Part shown: positions 8,473-16,545 of the stretch, piece after piece
How positions within the stretch are numbered: position 1 is the first letter of the stretch
Layout: the number at the start of each line of letters is the position of its first letter
NCBI GenBank assembly: GCA_964634515.1
Contig: CAZWME010000001.1
Coordinates: forward strand, 1-26,144
DNA from: an uncultured Pirellulales bacterium
Lineage (GTDB): Bacteria > Planctomycetota > Phycisphaerae > Sedimentisphaerales > Anaerobacaceae
Length of the DNA stretch: 26,144 bases
Direction of reading: 5' to 3'
The notes under the pieces: model-generated
Told to the model about the DNA's origin: nothing
Database searches by the model: none
What the model saw: only the letters and a program-made list of their open reading frames with translations
Program-made: the position numbers and the translations under genes

Positions 8473-10082
8473 TTGGTTGGGCCTCTGGCCTCTCCGTCAC
8501 GACGCGGATCCGCCACACCTACAAACTTATTGTCCTCGTGTATCACTAACTGGACGCAGCCGAGATAAAACGAATAGGGCTCTCTTACATCGAGACTAAA
8601 TCCATGACTTTCCAGTGTCGTTGGAATATCACTACGCATCCGGGATGCTTCCAATGATACCGTCCCTTCAGCAGAACAATGCAGGCGAGGCGCGTCCACG
8701 GATTCGAACGGCAACTGTTTGCCAAGCCGAAGGAAGACCTGTGCGATAGACGAAACGATACGCTGACTCCCCGGAGATCCAATCGCCATCCAGGGTTTTC
8801 GGTCTTTGAAGATAATTGTCGGCGCGACACTGGCCCAGGGCACGGCATTCGGTCGCAAATAGTAAGGATGTTTCATGTCCTTCTCTTCAAACGCCGTCAT
8901 ATAGTTATTATATAGAAAGCCGAGTTCGGGCGTTGCCACACACGAGCCGTACACGCGCTCAATAGACTGTGTTAAAGCTGCCACGTTTCCAAACCTGTCC
9001 ATAACAGACAAATGTGTAGTATCCCCACCTGTCTTTATGTTTTTCATCGACCAGCGGGCGATATCTCTGGCATAATCCGTACTTAGCATTCGCTTCTGCG
9101 GGACCTGTGCATACGAGTTTGGATCGAAAGGCCTGTCTTTGCGGTCGCGATTGGCCTGTCGTATGGCCTGGGCAAGCGTCAATGCTCCTTCTGGCGTGTC
9201 CACATTTCGATACTTCTTCGGAATATGACTTATAATATTAAGCAGCTCTATTAATGTCCTGCCTGCCCCCGGCGGAGGAAATGTTACAATCCTGAATTCT
9301 CCAAACTGACTGGAAACTGGTTTTCTTTCGATAGGCCACGGTATTTGGGCCAGATCCTCTTTTGTAATGAGCCCTTCGTTCCGGGCCATATCTTCATGTA
9401 TCAACCTTCCGATTTGCCCATGATAGAAATCAGTAACTCTCCTGCGCCCGAGTCTTCTCAGTGTAGCGGCCAACGCAGGCTGAGAAAACTTTTCCCCGAC
9501 CTTAAAGGTTTTCTTGCCATCCTTCAGGAATAGCTGGGCCGCCGGCCCTTGCCGTAAATGCTTTCTTACTCTTCGAGTCAGCTTACGTTGAAGCTCGCTG
9601 ATACGATATCCATTCTCGGCAAGTTGAATGGCAGGCTGCAGGATTTCAGCAATCGGGATGGTTCCAAAGTGTTCCAGCGCATAGGCCAGAACCGCCGGTG
9701 TGCTGGGTACTGTTGTGGCTTGGAATCCTCGTAAGCGCTGCTCAATGCTCATGTCCTGCACCGAAGTTCTGTTAGGAGCCCTGGACGAACCGTCCAATGC
9801 AAGTGTTCGGCGTGAACGGGCCAGATGGATTAACGCCATCGTCTGACCGCCCAGTCCGGAGGCTGCCGGTTCACACACACCCAGAGCGAAAGCAGCGGCT
9901 ACGGCCGCATCGATGGCATTACCTCCCGACTCAAGAATTTGGACCGCCGCTCCGGTTGCAAGATAATGCTGTGTACTTGCCATGCCGTATTCTGATACGG
10001 ATACACGCTGGGGCTGGTAAACTTTGGCAGGGCTAAAGTCTCGTACATCTGTGTCGTCCTGTTGCTTCGGCGTAGAAGCCAT
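8469..10082 (-). CDS. ggt: Gamma-glutamyltransferase-family Ntn hydrolase, cytoplasmic, with an atypical substrate pocket
   Basis: 537 aa. GGNAIDAAVAAAFALGVCEP-x-x-SGLGG, TVPSTPAV, FPPPGAG, autocleavage site GGD|T355-THLSVMD, and GSPGS-x-RI. No signal peptide. The start lies 6 nt after the upstream stop. Confidence 0.92.
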   Translation of the reverse strand: MASTPKQQDDTDVRDFSPAKVYQPQRVSVSEYGMASTQHYLATGAAVQILESGGNAIDAAVAAAFALGVCEPAASGLGGQTMALIHLARSRRTLALDGSSRAPNRTSVQDMSIEQRLRGFQATTVPSTPAVLAYALEHFGTIPIAEILQPAIQLAENGYRISELQRKLTRRVRKHLRQGPAAQLFLKDGKKTFKVGEKFSQPALAATLRRLGRRRVTDFYHGQIGRLIHEDMARNEGLITKEDLAQIPWPIERKPVSSQFGEFRIVTFPPPGAGRTLIELLNIISHIPKKYRNVDTPEGALTLAQAIRQANRDRKDRPFDPNSYAQVPQKRMLSTDYARDIARWSMKNIKTGGDTTHLSVMDRFGNVAALTQSIERVYGSCVATPELGFLYNNYMTAFEEKDMKHPYYLRPNAVPWASVAPTIIFKDRKPWMAIGSPGSQRIVSSIAQVFLRLGKQLPFESVDAPRLHCSAEGTVSLEASRMRSDIPTTLESHGFSLDVREPYSFYLGCVQLVIHEDNKFVGVADPRRDGEARGPTK

Positions 10083-10088
10083 GATATA

Positions 10089-12242
10089 TTATCCCTCTGC
10101 TTGTTTAGCTAAAAATTCGGCGACCAACAGTGTTCTTTGAAGAAGGCTGATCCTCTCCACCGCCTCGTTTGGTGTGTAGGCGTCCCTTGTAACGGGTCCC
10201 AGGCCGCAAACAACTGGCGTCGATGAAGGCACGAGTCCCGCAACCGAAGGCCACAGGGAAGACTCTTTTCCGAACGGTATTTCCCAGTTGGATGCAACCT
10301 CTGCCAGATCGGCAACGAGACGCTTGTTTGCTGTACGGTTTTTCATTGCCGGCCGGTCCGAGACAATCTCAAGTTGACAGCGAAAACCATTCTCGACGAG
10401 CATATCTCTTATTGACGCCTCCGCATCATCCGCCGTCTCTTTGTCGCCGTAACTTAGCAGGATAGTGGCCTCGACCTTATGCGGAAGAAGCATGGGGAAC
10501 GTAGTCGGGTGGATATCTGAGACAGCAATGGAAAGGCGATTCTGCTTGGAAGAGAGTTTTGAGATGTCCTCCAGTTTGTTGCATACCCAGCGCAGTATTT
10601 CAGGTTTTTTTCTGGCTTTGCCGAGTCGGGCGGGTACGTCTTCTGCAACAAGCTGATATTTCCGCCAACCACGCCGCTCTATTACAACCTTGTTCTTAGG
10701 ATTACCCGGCCGCAGAACCAGAACTCGCCTGGCTCTTTCCGCGGCGGCTCTGATTATACTACTGCTTTCTATGTTATCTCTGCCTTCATCGGCAAAGTAA
10801 AGAACTCCAACGGGCATCGAATTCAACTTTCGCAGACTTTTTAACACCTTGAGAACGAATTCCAACATCACCAGGGGAGCACGGGAAAGACCTATACCTT
10901 CTCCATACAGCCACTCCGGAGTTCGGCGGAACACCTGTATGGGTATCTCAGGTGTAAGCGCCACGTCTAAATGCCCGACAAAAAGAGTCCCGTCTGTCAG
11001 GCCGGACTTTGTCTGCCAGGTCCAGACGGTCTTGTTGTCCGTTAATTCCTCCACGGCTTCAAGGCCTATTTCCTCGAGTGTTTGGCTGAGTTTCATCGTC
11101 GCCTGTTGAATCCCGAACGGATCAGAGGTCCTGCTATGCAGGTTTGTCCAAATCCGCAGCCGCCTCTCGATTTGGTCCCGCCGCTGAGTTAAGAATGACA
11201 TAACTAACTGGCCCGTATCGGTCGACTTTTTTGTTATCCTGACCGGCTTCGGAGTACCGAAATAACGGGTACTTGTCACCTCAACGAGACGATTTACCAG
11301 CGCCGGAAAATCAAGACCTACATGTTGAGCGCCGATCGTATATGAACCATGTTCACCCATGCTCGGCAGGCTGTTCACTTCGAGCAGTTGGAGATTTTCC
11401 TCGGCATCTAAACGCATGTCCACACGGGCGCAGTCAAAGCAGCCAAGGACCTCGAAGGCCCTGCGGGCAAGTTTTTTGGCTTCTTCTACCGTCTCTTCGC
11501 TCACTCTTGCGGGACACTCGAATCCGATCTCGCGTCCGGATTGGTGGACCTTGTCTTGATATGTGTAAATAGCCGGCCCGTCTCCCGGGAACAATAATTC
11601 CACCGGCGGGAAAGCCTCCGATGGATTGTTCCCTATTAAGCCGACATTTATCTCGCGACCCTCGATATATCGCTCCGCAAGTACAGGCTGTTTGAAAGCC
11701 TCAAAAATCGTCCGTGCAGCTTCCCTTAATTCACTCTCATTATGGACTACTGTCACGCCAAAGGACACGGATTCATTTTTAGGTTTTACAACCATGGGAA
11801 ACGATAGATCCGTCGGCAATTCATCTTCCCATGAGTTTAGTACAACGAACTCCGGCGTCGGCAGCTCGTGCTGACGAAAGATTATTTTGGCAACTACCTT
11901 GTCGAGGGCAAGGCCGTGTGCAAGGGGGCCTGAGCCCACATAGGGAATCCCGACCATCTCGAGAATGCTCGGAACATGTGCGTATCTCGCCTGGCCCTGA
12001 ATCCCGTAAGAGACATTGAAAACCAGACCCGGGAGTTCTCCCTTCAGGACCTTAGGCATGAAATCCTCCAGCCGCTCGATTAGGTCCTTGTCCCCCTCAA
12101 CCTCTTTGACCTGATGTTTTCCAGCCTTGAGTGCATCCGAAATGCGCTTTATTGTCTTGTGCCCGATTCGTTCCCGGTTCGGAACTCCGAAAAGGTTTAT
12201 GACATTTTGAGAATCACGATTATAAACTACTGCTATTTTCAT
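10089..12242 (-). CDS. Fusion protein: Ddl-like ATP-grasp ligase (aa ~1-330) plus degenerate M20/M25/M40 peptidase domain (aa ~345-717)
   Basis: 717 aa. ATP-grasp motifs GIPYVGSG, LALDKVVAK, VVKPKNESVSFGV, ERYIEGREINVG, ARVDMR and LLE288-V-N290-SLP. M20 motifs FVGH424LD, LYGEG, ADEG and VVCGLGP...TPNE. Confidence 0.9.
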   Translation of the reverse strand: MKIAVVYNRDSQNVINLFGVPNRERIGHKTIKRISDALKAGKHQVKEVEGDKDLIERLEDFMPKVLKGELPGLVFNVSYGIQGQARYAHVPSILEMVGIPYVGSGPLAHGLALDKVVAKIIFRQHELPTPEFVVLNSWEDELPTDLSFPMVVKPKNESVSFGVTVVHNESELREAARTIFEAFKQPVLAERYIEGREINVGLIGNNPSEAFPPVELLFPGDGPAIYTYQDKVHQSGREIGFECPARVSEETVEEAKKLARRAFEVLGCFDCARVDMRLDAEENLQLLEVNSLPSMGEHGSYTIGAQHVGLDFPALVNRLVEVTSTRYFGTPKPVRITKKSTDTGQLVMSFLTQRRDQIERRLRIWTNLHSRTSDPFGIQQATMKLSQTLEEIGLEAVEELTDNKTVWTWQTKSGLTDGTLFVGHLDVALTPEIPIQVFRRTPEWLYGEGIGLSRAPLVMLEFVLKVLKSLRKLNSMPVGVLYFADEGRDNIESSSIIRAAAERARRVLVLRPGNPKNKVVIERRGWRKYQLVAEDVPARLGKARKKPEILRWVCNKLEDISKLSSKQNRLSIAVSDIHPTTFPMLLPHKVEATILLSYGDKETADDAEASIRDMLVENGFRCQLEIVSDRPAMKNRTANKRLVADLAEVASNWEIPFGKESSLWPSVAGLVPSSTPVVCGLGPVTRDAYTPNEAVERISLLQRTLLVAEFLAKQAEG

Positions 12243-12453
12243 AATAATGCTGCATTATTCGACGCCATAGAAGACGCATAGAATATACCTTTCACACTGA
12301 CCACAATAGACTCTTCCTCGGCAATACTGGGGTGTAGATTCCAATAATTCCGTAAAAAAAGTGCCTGAAAGCGGATATTAGCAGCACCTGCTTGCTGATT
12401 CGAACAAATTCCCGCTAATATCAGATACAAATGCTCATATATGGATTTTTTCA

Positions 12454-12483
12454 TTGACAGCAAAGCAGTTAATTTGGTATAGA
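12454..12483 (+). promoter_or_regulatory. Putative sigma70 promoter (extended -10) for the LamG gene leader
   Basis: Consensus TTGACA (12454-12459), an 18-nt spacer ending in TGn, then TATAGA (12478-12483). Confidence 0.5.
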
Positions 12484-12744
12484 TAATAGTGGTGAAGTTT
12501 GTATCCACGAAGTCGGGAATCTGAGGATTCTCGTTTTCGTATAGGAGTGATTTTTTACAATTTACCGAATAGAGGAGGATGTTTCTATGCCGGGGGTAAA
12601 GTTTGTTGTGACAATGGCTTTGTGTCCCGGAGTTTAGCTTTCACATTTGAGCTAAAAAAAATCATCCTATAAAAACAACGAGCATTTTGGTGTGTGGCCA
12701 AAGCATAATTGGTAATTATTGTAACTTATTTAAGGAGGACTATT

Positions 12745-14916
12745 ATGTGTAGAAAATTAATTTGTCTGGTTTCTTTTGTTTTCGTGCTGGGCCTCGTTCT
12801 AACAAGTGTAGCCGGCGCTGCCGACCCCGACCTTATTGGTTGGTGGCCGTTGAATGAAGGTTCCGGGGATGTTGCTATTGATTTGTCCGCCTCAGGCAAT
12901 GATGGGACCATCGCCAACATTGACGGTGGCGGCCTGGGCGATAACGGTTCGGCATGGGTGGACGACCCGGAGCGTGGCATAGTCCTGAGCTTCAATGGAA
13001 TCGATGGTTCCGGCGCAGTTGTAGGCACTGACCTGATTCTTCCGGCTATGACCATGGACAACGATTTTACATGGGCATTCTGGTGTTTCCAGCACCCCGA
13101 TCAAGCCACTGATAATGATACGATATTGGGCAATCGCTACGGTGGTACCACAGCCCCGCTTCAGTTCATAAAGTTCACGCCGACAAGGTTTGAGTTCTAC
13201 AACGACGATGGTAGTTACACAGAGGGCATTAATTACGATCCAATCCCGCTCGGCGAATGGGTGCATCACATTATATCCAAGGATGGAGCCGACTTTACTT
13301 ATTATCGCAATGGTGAAGAGGCGGGAACCAACACGATTTCGAAAACCATCGATGAAAATCCCTTTGGATTTGGTGGCGACTTCACAAATAACAATGAGAA
13401 GTGGCAAGGCTATCTGAGCGACATACGCCTCTACACAAAAGCGCTATCGGCCACTGAGGTACTCGGTGTTATGCAAGGGGCAGGTGGGTTATGGCCTTAT
13501 GCATCCGCGCCAACGCCGGCTGACGGCGCCCTTCATGCTGATACATGGGTAAATGTTTCATGGAGGCCGGGTGGCTATGCGGTCTCGCACGATGTGTATT
13601 TAGGTGACAATTTTGACGATGTGGACAGCGGTGCCGAGGGAACGTTCCTCGGCAACCAGACAGACACATTTATTGTTGCCGGCTTCCCTGGATTTACCTA
13701 TCCGGATGGTCTTGTTCCCGGCACGACATACTATTGGCGGATTGACGAAGTCAATGAATCCGAACCGAACAGTCCCTGGAAAGGCGATGTCTGGAGCTTT
13801 AGTATTCCTCCCAAGACAGCATACTTTCCCGACCCGGCTGATGGCGCCGAGTCTGTAGGTGTCAATGTGCAACTTAGCTGGACGGCAGGTTTCGGTGCAA
13901 AATTGCACACCCCGTACTTCGGTGAGACTTTTGAAGAAGTGGACACTGCAGCAGGTGGCATGGCTCAAGGAACTACGACCTACGATCCCGGTCCGCTTAA
14001 AATGGCCAAAACTTACTACTGGCGAGTCGATGAGTTTGATATCATCAACACCTTCAAAGGCAATGTCTGGAGCTTTACTACCGAGGGCGCCGTTGGAAGT
14101 CCGAGTCCGGCTAATGGTGCTGTCGATATAACGCAAACACCCGTTCTAACCTGGACACCCGGATTTGGTGCTTCACATGAAGTCTATTTTGGCGCCGATG
14201 AAGCTTCTCTGGAATTAAAAGGCAGCGGCAACCTTGGCTCAGAGAGCTATGAGTCCGGACAACTTGAGTGGAATACTACTTACTACTGGCGTGTAGATGA
14301 GGCCAATAACGCCAACGCCGACAGCCCGTGGACAGGTCCACTCTGGAGCTTTACTACGGCCAACTTCCTTATCATAGACGATATGGAGAGCTACAACGAC
14401 ATTAATGAAGGTGAACCCGGAAGCAACAGGATTTATAACGCCTGGATAGACGGATACGACGACCCGACAAACGGTTCTCAGTCTGGTCATTTGGATGTTC
14501 CATTTTACGAAGAGACTATCGTTCACGGCGGCGATAAGTCGTTGCCGCTTTACTATGACAACCCCTTATCCGGCGGAAAATCCGAGGCAACTTTAACATT
14601 GACTGCAAATAACGACTGGACCGTTAATGGTGTAACTTCCCTGACAATTTGGTTCAGAGGCGCTTCTTCTAATACATCGAATACCGGCGAGACGATGTAT
14701 GTCACTCTCAATGGCAGCGCCAAAGTCAATAATGATAATCCGGACGCGGCAACGATTAATAATTGGACACAGTGGAACATCAGCCTGACACGCTTTGCCG
14801 ACCAGGGTGTCAACCTTGCAAATGTAAATTCGATTACTCTTGGCCTTAGCTCGGTTACAGGCGGTACAGGTATCATGTACTTCGATGATATTCGGCTGTA
14901 TCCACCTGCAGAGTAA
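12745..14916 (+). CDS. Secreted LamG (concanavalin-A-like) domain protein with three ~90-100 aa repeat modules and a C-terminal carbohydrate-binding-like domain
   Basis: The start is reassigned from TTG 12709 to ATG 12745, which follows SD AGGAGG at 12733-12738. Signal peptide MCRKLICLVSFVFVLGLVLTSVAGA. LamG hallmarks LIGWWPLNEG, WVHH...YYRNG and GYLSDIRLYTKALS. C-terminal DDMESYND...YFDDIRLY. Confidence 0.88.
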   Translation: MCRKLICLVSFVFVLGLVLTSVAGAADPDLIGWWPLNEGSGDVAIDLSASGNDGTIANIDGGGLGDNGSAWVDDPERGIVLSFNGIDGSGAVVGTDLILPAMTMDNDFTWAFWCFQHPDQATDNDTILGNRYGGTTAPLQFIKFTPTRFEFYNDDGSYTEGINYDPIPLGEWVHHIISKDGADFTYYRNGEEAGTNTISKTIDENPFGFGGDFTNNNEKWQGYLSDIRLYTKALSATEVLGVMQGAGGLWPYASAPTPADGALHADTWVNVSWRPGGYAVSHDVYLGDNFDDVDSGAEGTFLGNQTDTFIVAGFPGFTYPDGLVPGTTYYWRIDEVNESEPNSPWKGDVWSFSIPPKTAYFPDPADGAESVGVNVQLSWTAGFGAKLHTPYFGETFEEVDTAAGGMAQGTTTYDPGPLKMAKTYYWRVDEFDIINTFKGNVWSFTTEGAVGSPSPANGAVDITQTPVLTWTPGFGASHEVYFGADEASLELKGSGNLGSESYESGQLEWNTTYYWRVDEANNANADSPWTGPLWSFTTANFLIIDDMESYNDINEGEPGSNRIYNAWIDGYDDPTNGSQSGHLDVPFYEETIVHGGDKSLPLYYDNPLSGGKSEATLTLTANNDWTVNGVTSLTIWFRGASSNTSNTGETMYVTLNGSAKVNNDNPDAATINNWTQWNISLTRFADQGVNLANVNSITLGLSSVTGGTGIMYFDDIRLYPPAE
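13498..14358 (+). repeat. Three tandem intragenic protein repeat modules
   Basis: Each module reads P-x-P-A-[DN]-G-A...L/V-x-W...YYWR-[IV]-DE...WSF. Approximate spans are 13498-13806, 13816-14082 and 14088-14358. DNA identity persists, e.g. CTGGAGCTTTACTAC at 14067 and 14343. Confidence 0.85.
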
Positions 14917-14964
14917 ACAGTTATTTAGATGTTAAGTAAAAGTATGTAGTAGATGTATAAATTC

Positions 14965-14997
14965 GGGGCCTATACTAACTCGGTATAGGCCCCTTTT
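14965..14997 (+). terminator. Rho-independent terminator after the LamG gene (may also act on the convergent DUF1593 transcript)
   Basis: Perfect 11-bp stem GGGGCCTATAC / GTATAGGCCCC with a 7-nt loop, followed by TTTTAGTT. It lies between convergent stops at 14916 and 15037. Confidence 0.85.
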
Positions 14998-15036
14998 AGT
15001 TCGACATCTGTGAGGTTTCAATATTTACCTAACCTC

Positions 15037-16485
15037 TTATGGTTTTATATTGACGATGATTCTGCGATAACTGTAAAGGCTCGGCTTGCCATTATCTTTT
15101 ACCTCCAAAAGGATATGGACAGCACACGGCGTCTTGACTTTTGGCGCAGTAAAATGAGCATGCTGAGACGAGCCATTTTTGATATCGATTGAACCGTTAT
15201 AATTTCCCGCTTCTTTATACACAAACCATCGACAGGAAAATTTGTCACCATCGGGATCATAGCTGCCATCGGCGCTGAGATTGACTGTCTCTTCGGCTTT
15301 TACAGTCAGATGTACTACAGCCTTGCTCTTGTCATTGTCAAAAGCAACTATGGGGTTGTGATTAGCTTTCTCATACGTCTTGGCCACACACCAGTCCATC
15401 CGGGCCGCGAAATCGTGCTGGTAAGCCTCGCGCCAGCGCCAGATAGTTGCCTGGGCCGAGGTATATTGTAAACCGTTTTCAGCAATTACCGTGTCCTGGC
15501 AGCCTTCGGCATTGGTCCAGATAGGACGGGTCTCGGCGTATGTTTGATTAAGGACGTAGCGTCCACCCCATCCTCCGTAGGACGGACTGACGCGGCTGCC
15601 AAGCCCGTTGCTGATTAGATTAAGGAACGATGGTGTGTCACCTTCCATGATGTATTCCAGTTTGGGATATAGTGCTCCGAGCGGACCGTGGTCTTTAATA
15701 ATGTTTTTTTCAAGCCACGGATTATCGACCAGTTCAAACTTATGCATTGGCCCGTTTTGGTATCGGCGGTCTCCGGAAATACCAGTCCATGTTGCTTTGT
15801 AGTATTCGTGATAGTCCACACTGCTGGGAGTCACGATGTAAAAAAGCTTCGGGAACGTCAGCCGCATCCAGCGTCCGGAGTTGTCCTGATCGGAGATAGT
15901 ATAGACCCGCAGCTTGGAAACGAAAGCGTCCAGCTCTTCCTTGCTGCGGTTATACTTCACATCCCAAAGCGCCTGTGCCAAACAGTTAGCTCCGCCCCAG
16001 ACGCTGATCCAGACGGGGCGGTCATCCGGTCTATCGACAACCTCGATAATATGCCGGGAACCTTGTGAACTTTTACCCGGGCCAACTCCCTTCATACCAA
16101 ACTCGGGCCGACCTTCTTTCGTGATATTGAGCAAGTGTTCCATCGTCGGATAACCGGATGCGTGTTTTAAAAGATTGCTGCGAACCTGACCAAATGCTTC
16201 GATGCGTTCACGAATATTTTCCGGCCGGACCTTGTCCCTCAACCATACCGATGTGGTCGCAATCAGACCTTCGACATCGAATTCGTTGGAATATACCAAA
16301 AAACGAACCATGGATTCCTCGTCATCCGGTTCGTTGGTAATGTCCGTCAGAACAATAACGCGGGGCCTGTCAGGCTTTTCAAACACTGCCTTCTGTCCGG
16401 CAAAGCTTGTTTGAGAAGCTATAAGAACAGATAGCAGTGCGAATAAACTCTTTCTAAAAATGCAATTGATATATTTCATCACCAC
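15037..16485 (-). CDS. Secreted DUF1593 protein (Sde182-like nucleoside-hydrolase-like domain plus C-terminal Ig/PKD-like domain)
   Basis: 482 aa. GTG start with SD AGGAG, signal peptide, RVIVLTDITNEPDDEESMVRFLVYSNEFDVEGLIATTS, WISVWGGANCLAQAL, MEGDTPSFL, GGWGGRY, FAARMDW and SYDPDGD. Confidence 0.88.
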   Translation of the reverse strand: MVMKYINCIFRKSLFALLSVLIASQTSFAGQKAVFEKPDRPRVIVLTDITNEPDDEESMVRFLVYSNEFDVEGLIATTSVWLRDKVRPENIRERIEAFGQVRSNLLKHASGYPTMEHLLNITKEGRPEFGMKGVGPGKSSQGSRHIIEVVDRPDDRPVWISVWGGANCLAQALWDVKYNRSKEELDAFVSKLRVYTISDQDNSGRWMRLTFPKLFYIVTPSSVDYHEYYKATWTGISGDRRYQNGPMHKFELVDNPWLEKNIIKDHGPLGALYPKLEYIMEGDTPSFLNLISNGLGSRVSPSYGGWGGRYVLNQTYAETRPIWTNAEGCQDTVIAENGLQYTSAQATIWRWREAYQHDFAARMDWCVAKTYEKANHNPIVAFDNDKSKAVVHLTVKAEETVNLSADGSYDPDGDKFSCRWFVYKEAGNYNGSIDIKNGSSQHAHFTAPKVKTPCAVHILLEVKDNGKPSLYSYRRIIVNIKP

Positions 16486-16545
16486 AGTTCTTCTCCTTCG
16501 TATTATGTCACTTACAAAAATTGCGATATTACAATCTTAAATCCG

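Noticed and set aside
10089-12242. Annotation as D-alanine--D-alanine ligase (ddl) or as an active M20 peptidase
   Set aside because: The HG-x-x-GEDG signature is missing, there is no cell-wall gene context, and the M20 metal ligands are lost.
12239-12508. 89-aa minus-strand ORF ahead of the ligase operon
   Set aside because: It spans an AT-rich promoter region, has no motif, and has no convincing SD.
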